From NCBI GenBank assembly GCA_964415025.1, contig CAYPXF010000007.1, forward strand, positions 1 through 61,653: a stretch of DNA of 61,653 bases. The letters run 5' to 3'. Positions 1 through 9,091 of the stretch are shown piece after piece. The DNA is from an uncultured Gammaproteobacteria bacterium. GTDB taxonomy: Bacteria; Patescibacteriota; Patescibacteriia; UBA10025; JAHIVO01. Below the pieces are notes generated by a model. It was not told the DNA's origin and searched no databases. It saw nothing but the letters and a program-made list of their open reading frames with translations. The translations under genes were made by a program, and so were the position numbers. The stretch's first letter is position 1, and each line of letters begins with the position of its first letter.

Positions 1-18
1 GGAGCTATCCCCTGTACT

Positions 19-1047
19 TCACTGTGTGATATTTGATTCGTCGTGATTGTTATTGGTAATATCCTTCAAAAATCGCAAGCCAATATTTGATAAAAACATA
101 AGTCCAATACCCACTTTCACGAGCTCCACGACGCGTAAAACTAATGAAAACGCTATTCCTAACGACGGCGTATACTTGAGCGCGCTGAAGACGATGGCTT
201 GGCCGGTCTCCAGTGAGCCGAGTGAGGCCGGAATAGGCACCAGAAAAGCTAAAATCATAAACACCATCATCACTAAAATCTGCCACAGCCCGGCCGTAAT
301 ACCCAGGGCGTAGAGTATTACATAAAACTGGACAAACACCAGAACGCCACCGAGCAGGGACAGCAGCAGTCCTTCGATAAAAAGTTTTGGTTTTTTATTA
401 AAAAAAGTGATAATGAGTTTTTCGAAGTACAAGAACTTGTCCAAATATTTCCTGATTACCTTGAGCTTATCTAAATGAAATATTCGAATAAGCATGGAAA
501 AAAACCCTTTCCCTCGGTAGGTCTGGATATAAAATAATATCAACAGTCCAATCAAAACAATCAGAGCAAGCACAAAAATACTGACCGCACCCCAGGAAAT
601 ATTATACTCAAAAATCGCGTAAATCAGAGCCGCAACCAGGAATGGCAGCGGGTACGTAAAATCCAAAATCTTATCCACCATGATTGAGGCCATGCCGTGA
701 GATAGGCGCACCTTGGTAGTTTTTTTCAGTAAATATGCGCGCACCGGTTCGCCGCCAACGTATAATCCCGGCGTGAGAAAGCTTATTGTATACCCGACAA
801 ACTTTGGTGCTAATAATTTACGGTACGGCACCCTATCCCCCTGGGCCTCCAAAATCAACTGCCAGCGGTAAATCAGCACCGCCATTTGCAGGAGTCCCAA
901 TGCGATGACCGCACCGATAACCGACCAGGAAAAGGTGGAAAAAGATTTCCTGACCTCATCCCAGCCAATATACTGCAGTACGCCGATGAACAAAGTAATA
1001 CCGACAACCAGGGATAGTATGAATAATAAAGTTTTTTTCATGGACAA
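19..1047 (-). CDS. Lysylphosphatidylglycerol synthase TM / flippase-like membrane protein (UPF0104-like)
   Basis: 342 aa, multiple TM helices, family motif P..LYVGGEPVRAYLL. Confidence 0.8.
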   Translation of the reverse strand: MSMKKTLLFILSLVVGITLFIGVLQYIGWDEVRKSFSTFSWSVIGAVIALGLLQMAVLIYRWQLILEAQGDRVPYRKLLAPKFVGYTISFLTPGLYVGGEPVRAYLLKKTTKVRLSHGMASIMVDKILDFTYPLPFLVAALIYAIFEYNISWGAVSIFVLALIVLIGLLILFYIQTYRGKGFFSMLIRIFHLDKLKVIRKYLDKFLYFEKLIITFFNKKPKLFIEGLLLSLLGGVLVFVQFYVILYALGITAGLWQILVMMVFMILAFLVPIPASLGSLETGQAIVFSALKYTPSLGIAFSLVLRVVELVKVGIGLMFLSNIGLRFLKDITNNNHDESNITQ

Positions 1048-1111
1048 GGATAAAAAAAAGAGGCTCTGTGTTTCCTCTTCCTACTATACTCCTTTTTTAA
1101 TTTATATTCAA

Positions 1112-1921
1112 TTACTGTGGATAAACTACTACCACTTCTTGTTCGCCGCTATACACGTCGCCGTCATTCCAATCATGCATGGCGTCCATAACCACCTCAA
1201 TGTCATAAATATAATTTTCTCCGCGCCTAGTCCCCACGTCATTGGTCACGAATGTATCGGCAGTATAGCCACGGATAACAAACATGTGGTACAGCGGTCC
1301 GGGATCAGTAAAATTCGGGTTGCCTAGTTCCCTGCCAGCTGCCGGCACAATGACCGGACGACCGTTGGCCACGTGGATTTTAATATCTTGGACATCCGGG
1401 TTTTCAAATACTTCAACCCTCTCATAGCCCCAATACTCACGTATCAGTTCTGCGGTTTGTTCTGCTGTGGTGTCCTCATACCAGCCAAAATAATTATTTT
1501 CCCAGTCAACGATCGCTAACAGTTCCTGGTCGGCAATATCCTTGGTAAATGTTTTGCCCTGATAAAAATAATGTACGGTCAGCGCTGATGCTTCTTCGCA
1601 GAGCTCCTTGTACGGGTAATCCCAGTTAGCATGCGGCGCTTGGGTGGTGAAGGGCACGTCCAGGTTAAATTCCTCCGGGATATCAGTGATGTCCTGGGTA
1701 GCGGTGTTGGTATTGACTGTATTCGTATGTATTGGCTGGTTGGTGTTGTTATTAGCGTTGACCCGTTGCTGCACAATATCAGTAAACGAAACCGGCTCTG
1801 GTGCTGGCTCGTCCATCCAGTCGTTCCACAGCGAAATAATCCGTCCCCGGCCTAAATAGGCAAATCCGGCGAGGATAATCATGATTAAAAAAGTATTTAG
1901 TAAAATATACCGTGTTTTCAT
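1112..1921 (-). CDS. Membrane-anchored C39-like cysteine peptidase
   Basis: N-terminal TM, Asn/Thr-rich linker, QAP..W....ELCEEAS (Cys), HMFVIRGY (His), NDVG (Asp). Confidence 0.8.
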   Translation of the reverse strand: MKTRYILLNTFLIMIILAGFAYLGRGRIISLWNDWMDEPAPEPVSFTDIVQQRVNANNNTNQPIHTNTVNTNTATQDITDIPEEFNLDVPFTTQAPHANWDYPYKELCEEASALTVHYFYQGKTFTKDIADQELLAIVDWENNYFGWYEDTTAEQTAELIREYWGYERVEVFENPDVQDIKIHVANGRPVIVPAAGRELGNPNFTDPGPLYHMFVIRGYTADTFVTNDVGTRRGENYIYDIEVVMDAMHDWNDGDVYSGEQEVVVVYPQ

Positions 1922-1966
1922 ATGAAGTTGGGAGTATATGCTAACCAGCCTTATTTGTCAATAGTA

Positions 1967-4072
1967 TCACAGCATGCCTCTCTGATAGAGTATGCGCCTG
2001 GTTTGGGGAGAAATTTTATCCAAATATTTACTGTTAATATCTTCACTATCCTCCCGTAACTGCCGTATATCGGATTTACCTTCTTTAAACTCTGTCATAG
2101 CATTATAATATTCTTCCGTGAGCCGTGCTTCTGGCCGGCTGCTGTGTGGCCCGGTTTTAACACCTAACCTATGAGCTAATTTTACCGCAGCTGTTGTTCC
2201 GTCCCAGTCATCTCCATCCCAAGCCCACATACCGCCTGAATGATTTTCATAACCCATATGTGATATCGTCTCTTTTACTGCAATTTTCTTTATCTCGCTT
2301 CTCAAGGCATTTTGTACTGCTTCTCGTAGTTGCGTCTTTTCAGTCTCGTGTAATACTTTGCTTAAACCAGCATTATCAGTCAATTGATTTACCGCGGCAG
2401 ATATACCTTGTTTTTTACACTGGGCCAAGAAAACTGATTTCCAGTCTGACTCCTTCCATAAATCATTAATTACATCCTTCACTTTATGCGCTAATACATA
2501 TCTTTCATTATAATCTTTATTCAATGTTTCATTATCAAACTGCACCCTATGTCTTATTGCATTCTCTATCGCAGTAATTACATTGCTCTCAATCGAATAC
2601 ATTTTTTCCGGAGATATTTTTTGTTCTAATGATGCCAAATCATCTTGCCCTAACTCATTTTCTTGATATACCACTGATCCGTCTTCATTAATCTGAAAAA
2701 GTTCTCCTGCATCCATTTTACCCGGTTGCACTATATATGTCCCCTCCGGTAATGTAAGGGGGGTGTGAGGATTTTGCTCAAAATAAGTATCAACTGTATT
2801 AATATTTGCAGGCTTGCCATTTGTCTCGATCATTTTATCGAACGGTGATAATGCTACATAAGGCGAATGGTCCCAGTTTCCGTACATATGCGAAGCAACA
2901 TGATGATTCAGCGTAAAATGAATGCTGTTTCTCAATGTCTCCCCCTGGCTCGCGTCATACGTAGACTGCATCCTGTATCCATCGCCGACCTTTTTTGGCT
3001 TAAATTTGGTAGTATGTACGGCCACCAGTTCTTTTGGATCCAGCGCCTCTACAGTTTCGTGTTCCCTCGAACCTTTTTTATTCATGCTGGCCGTTTCATC
3101 AACAATCTCTTTTTGTACTTTTTCGTCGTGCTGCCTTAATAATGTCGCTCTTTTTTCTAACTTCTGACTGGCATCGGCATCACCCTGTAGAGCTAATAAT
3201 AACAAAACTTCACCCTCATAATTACGTTTTGTTCTGAAATTGCCCTCACTATCAAATAGTTTACCGGCTATTACCTTATCCATTAATTGTTTAATTTCCT
3301 TATTTGTTTCGCCTTGAGACAGTACTCTGCGCATTTCCCTAAGCCGCTTATCTTCTACTCCCAAATAAAAAGCCATATCTAATAATGCCTGCGGTGAGCT
3401 TTCTACGAAAAAGGAAGCCTTCCCCTGACTGCGCGGTTCATTTATGTCGACGGGATTACCGGTGGTGGGCGAAATATCCGCTTTTGAACCGTGCCTGATT
3501 GTATCACAAAAATCGTTCCATTCTTGATCTGTCCGCGCTTTGGGCCGATCACCGATTATAAAAGCCTGTCGGCCGTCAACCATTTTATCTGAAAATGGTA
3601 ATTCATCGGGGGAATAAAAAAGAGTTTTTACTTCCTTGCCCCCGATGGTAGTAAAATTGTATATGTCTCTTTCTACCCCTTCCTCATCAATAATTTCATG
3701 AGGTTTTAATTGTTCGAACATCTCCTTGCTTGCAGCCTTCTTTTCTGTGATATTTGAAACTTTTCCTTGGTTAGTCGTGACTAAATCATCAATTTTTTTA
3801 TGTACATCTGACAAGCCTTGCCTAACATCCTTCATCTCATCAGGATCGGCTTCATACTTATGGTGGACGCTGCCGACTTCTTCTAAACCCTGTGCCTTCA
3901 CTGATTCTGCGGTCTTTTTTATTTTTTCAGTAGTCTCTGCTGCGAGATGATCTAATTGCTCCGGTGTTTCTATAGTTTTTTCAGGTGATTCTGGTGGTGT
4001 AGTAAAAAATTCTTCCGTTTTTTCAGGTGATTCTGTATTATTTATTGTTTCTTCTTCCGGATCACGTGCCAT
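1967..4072 (-). CDS. Hypothetical protein, 701 aa, acidic low-complexity N-terminus
   Basis: Long uninterrupted ORF; no family recognised with confidence. Confidence 0.75.
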   Translation of the reverse strand: MARDPEEETINNTESPEKTEEFFTTPPESPEKTIETPEQLDHLAAETTEKIKKTAESVKAQGLEEVGSVHHKYEADPDEMKDVRQGLSDVHKKIDDLVTTNQGKVSNITEKKAASKEMFEQLKPHEIIDEEGVERDIYNFTTIGGKEVKTLFYSPDELPFSDKMVDGRQAFIIGDRPKARTDQEWNDFCDTIRHGSKADISPTTGNPVDINEPRSQGKASFFVESSPQALLDMAFYLGVEDKRLREMRRVLSQGETNKEIKQLMDKVIAGKLFDSEGNFRTKRNYEGEVLLLLALQGDADASQKLEKRATLLRQHDEKVQKEIVDETASMNKKGSREHETVEALDPKELVAVHTTKFKPKKVGDGYRMQSTYDASQGETLRNSIHFTLNHHVASHMYGNWDHSPYVALSPFDKMIETNGKPANINTVDTYFEQNPHTPLTLPEGTYIVQPGKMDAGELFQINEDGSVVYQENELGQDDLASLEQKISPEKMYSIESNVITAIENAIRHRVQFDNETLNKDYNERYVLAHKVKDVINDLWKESDWKSVFLAQCKKQGISAAVNQLTDNAGLSKVLHETEKTQLREAVQNALRSEIKKIAVKETISHMGYENHSGGMWAWDGDDWDGTTAAVKLAHRLGVKTGPHSSRPEARLTEEYYNAMTEFKEGKSDIRQLREDSEDINSKYLDKISPQTRRILYQRGML
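3975..4035. repeat. 19-bp direct repeat (GTTTTTTCAGGTGATTCTG) encoding ESPEKT twice
   Basis: Identical copies at 3975-3993 and 4017-4035, 42-bp period. Confidence 0.85.
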
Positions 4073-4079
4073 ATTATTA

Positions 4080-4244
4080 TTATAAAATATGCCTTAATTT
4101 TTCGAGTTTTTCTTTTTCCAGTTTTTCAATGAATTCCTTAATCACTTTATGTTGCTCGAATTTCAGTTGATTTAATTTAGCTTCATACTCCTGATAAACC
4201 CGCTCTATTTGCTTAGCTTTTTTCTGGATTTGTTCTTTTTGCAT
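4080..4244 (-). CDS. Small coiled-coil hypothetical protein (54 aa), missing from the ORF track
   Basis: Manually translated MQKEQIQKKAKQIERVYQEYEAKLNQLKFEQHKVIKEFIEKLEKEKLEKLRHIL; fills the gap between flanking genes with 4- and 7-bp spacers. Confidence 0.75.
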   Translation of the reverse strand: MQKEQIQKKAKQIERVYQEYEAKLNQLKFEQHKVIKEFIEKLEKEKLEKLRHIL

Positions 4245-4248
4245 AGAT

Positions 4249-6147
4249 TTATTTCACTACGACCCCACTATTCCCCAGTGTCCCCCAATTCCAGAGAAAT
4301 GACGACTGGGTAAACGTTTTCTCGCCGGACAGCGGATCCAGCGTGATTATTTTACTCGGATTTTCAGCCGAGCCAATATAGCCGATCACGACGTAGGTGT
4401 GTTCACCGTTGACGGCGACGACGTTATCCCCGTCCGGTGTTTTCCAGTCAATGCGCGAGCCTGATCCGGCCGTACCCCAGACAATGACCGGATGTCCGGC
4501 CTGGATTTCGGCAGTCAGCTGCGGCAGTGACCAGCCGGAAAACCATTCAGCCTCGCGGTAGTGCTGGGCGGCCTGGGCAATCGGCTGCCAATACACGCCA
4601 TAGCCGGTCGATGGCTGGTGGCCGTCGATATCCCCGACAAAAGCAATGTGCGGATTACCCCATACGCCGTCCTGTTTTGGCGTCGAATCAAATCCGATCA
4701 TATTGATAAGCGCTGCTTCAGACACCGAGATGTCATAATACTCCAGCGCCATAACCAGGGTGGCAATCTCACAGCTTAAATTATGCTCCTGACGGTGAAA
4801 TGGAACTGACAGTTTGGTCACGGATAATTCCGTGGCAAAAGAAATCGTCTGTGCCTGTGCCGAAGCCGGACCGTTTGCGCCCTGAATGCCGGCGGCAAGG
4901 GTGATAGTATAGCCGGTATTAAAGCTAAGGTTATCCTGCGGATCAAACACTATGGTCTGACCATCGATCCAGGAAAATGAACCACTGACTGCTGGATTTA
5001 TGGAAAAAGCTTGTTCGGCTGATATTTTATCTACCGGCTGATCAAATAAAATCTCCATGCTGCTGCCGATACTCACTCCAGTAGCGCCATGAGCTGGATA
5101 TGATCTGGTCATCGTAACTGGACCAACAGTCGAAAATTTATAGACGGCATCTTCTATTAGATAACCACCGTTATTTGTTTCCAATCCTGCTGGCAACGTC
5201 ACTGTGTAGGCAGTATCCATGGCCCAGTCATCGGCTGGCTCAAATGTGACGGTTAGATAATCTTGCGTCGACCATTGCCCTTGAATTGCGGGTTCAATCA
5301 CTGCCTGCTCCTGCAAAGAGGCAAATGCAATATTTTCTGAAAATGTAATGAAAAGCGGATCGTCTATAGCTACAGCATCACCGTGTAAACTCACTGACGT
5401 AATTCCCGGTGCTTCGGGTACAGTCCAGCTGCCTTCCCATATAAGCGCTGGCTCTGCCTGGAACCCCAGCTCTTCTGTCCCCCATTTCCACCGTATATGC
5501 TGGCGGGTTACCTTAAGCTGGTAGGTCTGTCCCTGGGACAGGCGTTTGTCTGGTGTAATTCTATATGACGTTGCTTGCTCATCCCACGCAGTGGTAAATC
5601 CAATCTCCGGGCTGATAGAAAAATCATACCGGGCCAATTTGCCCGGAGGATCGCTAAGCATAACGTCCCAGGAAGCTCGCGGCGATATGACAGTGTCTTT
5701 GGCAGGAGAGACACTGGTGACATCAGGTGCGGCTGGCGTGGAAAATACAAACGTATACGTATCAGGCTGGCGATAGGTTGGCAGTGCGCTTTTAACATTT
5801 GTCACAACTACTTCATAGGTTGTATCAGGCCGCCAGGTTAACTCTGGGGTAAAAATAACTTTCCGCGCCAAATGTTCTGACATGATACTGTCGCTGTACC
5901 TAATAGCGCCATACACGTTCGGTGTCACTGAAACTTCTACCTGTCGTGAGACCGGTATGGTGAAGTTAAATTCCAATGGCGCATCAATAGCAAGCACATT
6001 GGAATTGGCGATAGCAAAGCTCGGGCGTGGCGAGATACTGGCTACAATAAAACTAATCAGTGCGGCGATAATAACCACACTGACAATGCTCCAAAAAATA
6101 ATTCTTTTTTTGGTAAAACTTTTTTTCGGATCTGATGATTGAAACAC
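4249..6147 (-). CDS. Surface protein with about four bacterial Ig-like (Big_5/SbsA-like) repeats and a C-terminal C39-like peptidase
   Basis: N-terminal TM; repeated I.FS/F..PV...S and W...T.Y.V/L motifs; RQEHNLSCEIA (Cys), HTYVVIGY (His), LDPL (Asp). Confidence 0.8.
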   Translation of the reverse strand: MFQSSDPKKSFTKKRIIFWSIVSVVIIAALISFIVASISPRPSFAIANSNVLAIDAPLEFNFTIPVSRQVEVSVTPNVYGAIRYSDSIMSEHLARKVIFTPELTWRPDTTYEVVVTNVKSALPTYRQPDTYTFVFSTPAAPDVTSVSPAKDTVISPRASWDVMLSDPPGKLARYDFSISPEIGFTTAWDEQATSYRITPDKRLSQGQTYQLKVTRQHIRWKWGTEELGFQAEPALIWEGSWTVPEAPGITSVSLHGDAVAIDDPLFITFSENIAFASLQEQAVIEPAIQGQWSTQDYLTVTFEPADDWAMDTAYTVTLPAGLETNNGGYLIEDAVYKFSTVGPVTMTRSYPAHGATGVSIGSSMEILFDQPVDKISAEQAFSINPAVSGSFSWIDGQTIVFDPQDNLSFNTGYTITLAAGIQGANGPASAQAQTISFATELSVTKLSVPFHRQEHNLSCEIATLVMALEYYDISVSEAALINMIGFDSTPKQDGVWGNPHIAFVGDIDGHQPSTGYGVYWQPIAQAAQHYREAEWFSGWSLPQLTAEIQAGHPVIVWGTAGSGSRIDWKTPDGDNVVAVNGEHTYVVIGYIGSAENPSKIITLDPLSGEKTFTQSSFLWNWGTLGNSGVVVK

Positions 6148-6197
6148 AGCACGTCGATAACAAGTTGTTTCTTAATTATAACAAAAATATCACAAAA

Positions 6198-6228
6198 TTG
6201 CAACTACTGGTTTTGTTGCTAGTTGCAA
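6198..6228. terminator. Intergenic inverted repeat, possible terminator
   Basis: TTGCAACTA...TAGTTGCAA. Confidence 0.4.
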
Positions 6229-6243
6229 ATACTGTGCTAAAAA

Positions 6244-6477
6244 TTATTCCAAGGTGTCTTCTTCTGTGCGCTCTGATTCTGATCCGATTTCACGCGTAGC
6301 ATTGCTTTTCTTCGTTACGCTGACAATGCCGAGAATGATACCGATCACACCGACGATCAAAGCTAACCCCAAATACCAATTCGGCACAGAAAATCCATCA
6401 ACGTCAAACAGCAGCAGGACGATTGCTTCCAGACAGATTAATATACCGACGACAAGTGTATACCAGGCTGTGGCCAT
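6244..6477 (-). CDS. Small two-TM membrane protein
   Basis: 77 aa, two hydrophobic helices, acidic tail; own sigma70-like promoter. Confidence 0.65.
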   Translation of the reverse strand: MATAWYTLVVGILICLEAIVLLLFDVDGFSVPNWYLGLALIVGVIGIILGIVSVTKKSNATREIGSESERTEEDTLE

Positions 6478-6504
6478 AATGCTTTATTATGAATAATTAG
6501 CCTT

Positions 6505-6533
6505 AGTATACCGCTCGACATAAAGCTCGTCAA
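6505..6533 (-). promoter_or_regulatory. Sigma70-type promoter for 6244-6477
   Basis: TTGACG-17 bp-TATACT on the minus strand. Confidence 0.65.
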
Positions 6534-6572
6534 ACCCTTGCCAAAATTATGTTTTTTTGACTAAATAACAAG

Positions 6573-6632
6573 GCAGGGAAGGAAGAGGCGAATACAGGAG
6601 TCCATATCCGATTCGCCTCCATTCCTCCCTGC
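6573..6632. terminator. Long GC-rich stem-loop just downstream of the ATP-grasp-like gene
   Basis: GCAGGGAAGGAAGAGGCGAAT (6573-6593) is near-complementary to ATTCGCCTCCATTCCTCCCTGC (6611-6632). Confidence 0.55.
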
Positions 6633-6638
6633 GTTTGG

Positions 6639-7958
6639 TTAGGAGGATGCACAGATCGTCTCTACTGCATCAGGCTGGCCGTGTACTTTCCAAAAGTCAC
6701 GGAAATGCACTGGACAGCCCAGCAGTTCGCTGCCGCCCTCACGTGGCAGCGCATAAAACGGGTTAATGCGTGCATACAGCCCTTTAGTCTGTATGGCACC
6801 ATCGTGAGTGTAGTAGGTGACATCATACTGTTTACGGACAATCCGCTGGACAACCCAGGGATTAGCCAAACAAGTATCTGATACGGCATCATTGATCAGC
6901 TGTGCCGCGCGCGACTTAGAACACATACCGAGATGCAGCACGCCTTTGCCCCCGGCCCGCAGTCTGGGATCTAGTCCAGCATACTTGAGCGCGAACAACC
7001 GCTGCTTCGTATTGAGAACGGCAATATCAGAAAGGCGAAGATGCGCTACGTCCCCTCGTTCTTGCTCTACGGCAAGCGTACTGTACGGGTCAGCCACATA
7101 GGTTACTGGAAACAACCGCCGTACCGCATCAGAATACAGCATGAACGTACGGGGATGATACGGCAGCATGGTGGCTACCTTATGATCTGTCAGTACGCTT
7201 GGCGGCGGCTCGATTTCGAGTACGCCCTGCTGATACAACTCCAGTAACTTTTGCCAGCCATCATACTGGATTAATTCCTCGAGATAATGCCGGAACACGA
7301 CATCATACGATGCAATATTTTCCGGGATTTCCTGGATACAGATATCGAAGTCAATACCCTGACCCCGGATAGCTTTGGCAAAGTATGCGGCCTCTGCTCC
7401 GTAAAACCGGTATTTGTGCAACAAATGCACTACTCGGGGGCGCTGTTTTCCGGTAAGTGCACGAAGATGGTATGCGACACGCTCTACAAACCGCCGTCCG
7501 ATAACCTGATAACCCCGGTAACAGTCTGCCAGAGCAGCGTGGTATCCCCAGCCAGAACCTGGCGTTTGCGCTTCGACTGCCACGTTGAAGCTCGGCTGGT
7601 CCATACGCATGAACAGTGGAACACGCGGTATCCGGTGCTCGAATAGTTGCCGGTGGATTGTCTTCAATGTTTCAGGCATGCCGGTTTCAAACAAATCGAC
7701 CAGCCATGACCATGCATCATTATTGACCGCATACTGATACAAGCGATTTGTGGTCTGCGCCCATTCTCTGATAGCAGCGCCGCGCCGAATCAGTAATTGG
7801 TGCTGCTGCGCGGAAATAAAGAACGGTTCAGGACTGACCATTGAGGTGAATGTTTTTTCGTCACCAAATCCTACCTGGGCTTGGTCGAGTTGTTGTTTGA
7901 CAGCCAGCGCCTTTGCTTCCAATGTTTGCTGTTCGGTGTTTAGTGTTACAGTCTTCAC
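6639..7958 (-). CDS. Putative ATP-grasp amide ligase (glutathionylspermidine synthase / circularly permuted ATP-grasp-like)
   Basis: R-x-D (FMRMD) followed by E-x-Q-T-P-G-S-G; EPP...DHK, LKYAG...GGKGV and WVVQR motifs; GTG start with strong SD GAAAGGAGGT. Confidence 0.6.
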   Translation of the reverse strand: MKTVTLNTEQQTLEAKALAVKQQLDQAQVGFGDEKTFTSMVSPEPFFISAQQHQLLIRRGAAIREWAQTTNRLYQYAVNNDAWSWLVDLFETGMPETLKTIHRQLFEHRIPRVPLFMRMDQPSFNVAVEAQTPGSGWGYHAALADCYRGYQVIGRRFVERVAYHLRALTGKQRPRVVHLLHKYRFYGAEAAYFAKAIRGQGIDFDICIQEIPENIASYDVVFRHYLEELIQYDGWQKLLELYQQGVLEIEPPPSVLTDHKVATMLPYHPRTFMLYSDAVRRLFPVTYVADPYSTLAVEQERGDVAHLRLSDIAVLNTKQRLFALKYAGLDPRLRAGGKGVLHLGMCSKSRAAQLINDAVSDTCLANPWVVQRIVRKQYDVTYYTHDGAIQTKGLYARINPFYALPREGGSELLGCPVHFRDFWKVHGQPDAVETICASS

Positions 7959-8000
7959 TGCAACCTCCTTTCAATTGATTGTAAAGAGCGGATTAGTAAT

Positions 8001-8894
8001 TCATCTGACTGGGTGGCCAATGCTACCGAGTAACGTCTCGGCTGACACTGGACCAGGCCGGCGTATACGGATCAGCATTCCTGGTTTTGCTAAAACTTTT
8101 TTTTCTGAATACTCCTTTGAAATAATTTTACCAATGCATTGTTCTGCTCTAGTTGTTTCTCCTAATTTCACCACGGGGATAAAAAGGCCACCCTCCGGGG
8201 CACGGATATCGAACCGTTCAATCAGTTGACTGCTTGGGCGCTGCGGCATAGTTTGATTTGGATTAATACAATGCTGAACAACACGATGCAATCCGGTAAT
8301 TCCCGCTTTTAGCTCTGTTTGGGTCAGCACGTCGAGAGGCGGCAGTTCAGCGCCCACGGCCGGCACGCCGGCGGTAATCGCATTATAGAGCAAGGTGCCA
8401 CTAATCATTTTTTTTGTATTATTAGTCAGTGATATACGCCATATCAGCGGCAACCTGTACGCGTTACAAAGCTGTGCTGTTTGTCGCCGTATATTCGAAT
8501 CGCCGGTATCAACAAAAATTGTTTGGCTAATAGCCGGGTCGGTAAAATTATGCAGGTCAATGACCAAATCACTGCGCCTAACAAGTCCCATAATAACCGC
8601 GGCAATGCGTGCTGATGTGCTGTCATTTCCACCCGGGAAAATTCTGTTCAAATTTTTATTATCTACCGGGTTTATTTCCGTATTATTAGCCAATGCTAGC
8701 GGATTACAGCGCGGTAAGATGATAATCTGCCCGTGTGCCAATACTGACGGTGCGCTGATGAATTGTTTGAGGACGAGCTGCTGACTGAATTCATCACCAT
8801 GAATACCAGCTGTCATCAATATACGCGGTCGCCCTGCGCCAATTGTTATACGCGGTAGCTGTACTGAATCAATTGTTATAGTGTCTTGTTTCAT
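8001..8894 (-). CDS. Succinylglutamate desuccinylase/aspartoacylase family (M14-type) metallo-deacylase
   Basis: GIHGDE (HxxE), NLNRIFPG, DLH, GAEL; C-terminal biotinyl/lipoyl-like GGLF..VKLG region. Confidence 0.85.
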   Translation of the reverse strand: MKQDTITIDSVQLPRITIGAGRPRILMTAGIHGDEFSQQLVLKQFISAPSVLAHGQIIILPRCNPLALANNTEINPVDNKNLNRIFPGGNDSTSARIAAVIMGLVRRSDLVIDLHNFTDPAISQTIFVDTGDSNIRRQTAQLCNAYRLPLIWRISLTNNTKKMISGTLLYNAITAGVPAVGAELPPLDVLTQTELKAGITGLHRVVQHCINPNQTMPQRPSSQLIERFDIRAPEGGLFIPVVKLGETTRAEQCIGKIISKEYSEKKVLAKPGMLIRIRRPGPVSAETLLGSIGHPVR

Positions 8895-8915
8895 ACATTA
8901 AATAAATACCCTAAT

Positions 8916-9009
8916 AAACAAAAAACCTCTTATTGAGCAAAGAGGATGTTAGTACTGGGTATTAAATTAAATTATATAATACGCAAACAGCCCCTTTGCC
9001 TAAGAGGTT
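8916..9009 (-). promoter_or_regulatory. Transcription attenuator with alternative hairpins and a U-tract terminator
   Basis: Minus-strand RNA: 1:2 CCUCUU/AAGGGG; 2:3 GCAAAGGGG/CCUCUUUGC; 3:4 CCUCUU/AAGAGG followed by UUUUUUGUUU. Confidence 0.7.
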
Positions 9010-9053
9010 ACAAACCAATGATAACAATACATTTGTGCTTGCGTGTTGTTCAT
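9000..9053 (-). CDS. Putative attenuator leader peptide MNNTQAQMYCYHWFVTS (17 aa)
   Basis: ATG 9 nt after the -10 box; aromatic cluster YCYHWF; stop codon sits inside hairpin 1:2. Confidence 0.6.
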   Translation of the reverse strand: MNNTQAQMYCYHWFVTS

Positions 9054-9062
9054 AGCACCGTA

Positions 9063-9091
9063 AGAATAATATACCCGGTTAGTTATGTCAA
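9063..9091 (-). promoter_or_regulatory. Sigma70-type promoter of the leader peptide operon
   Basis: TTGACA-17 bp-TATTCT; perfect TTATCCACA box just upstream (9099-9107). Confidence 0.7.

Noticed and set aside
6561-6605. 14-aa ORF MDSCIRLFLPCLVI after a GGAGG motif as a RiPP precursor
   Set aside because: Start and SD are buried in the long hairpin, and the composition is explained by the purine/pyrimidine arms
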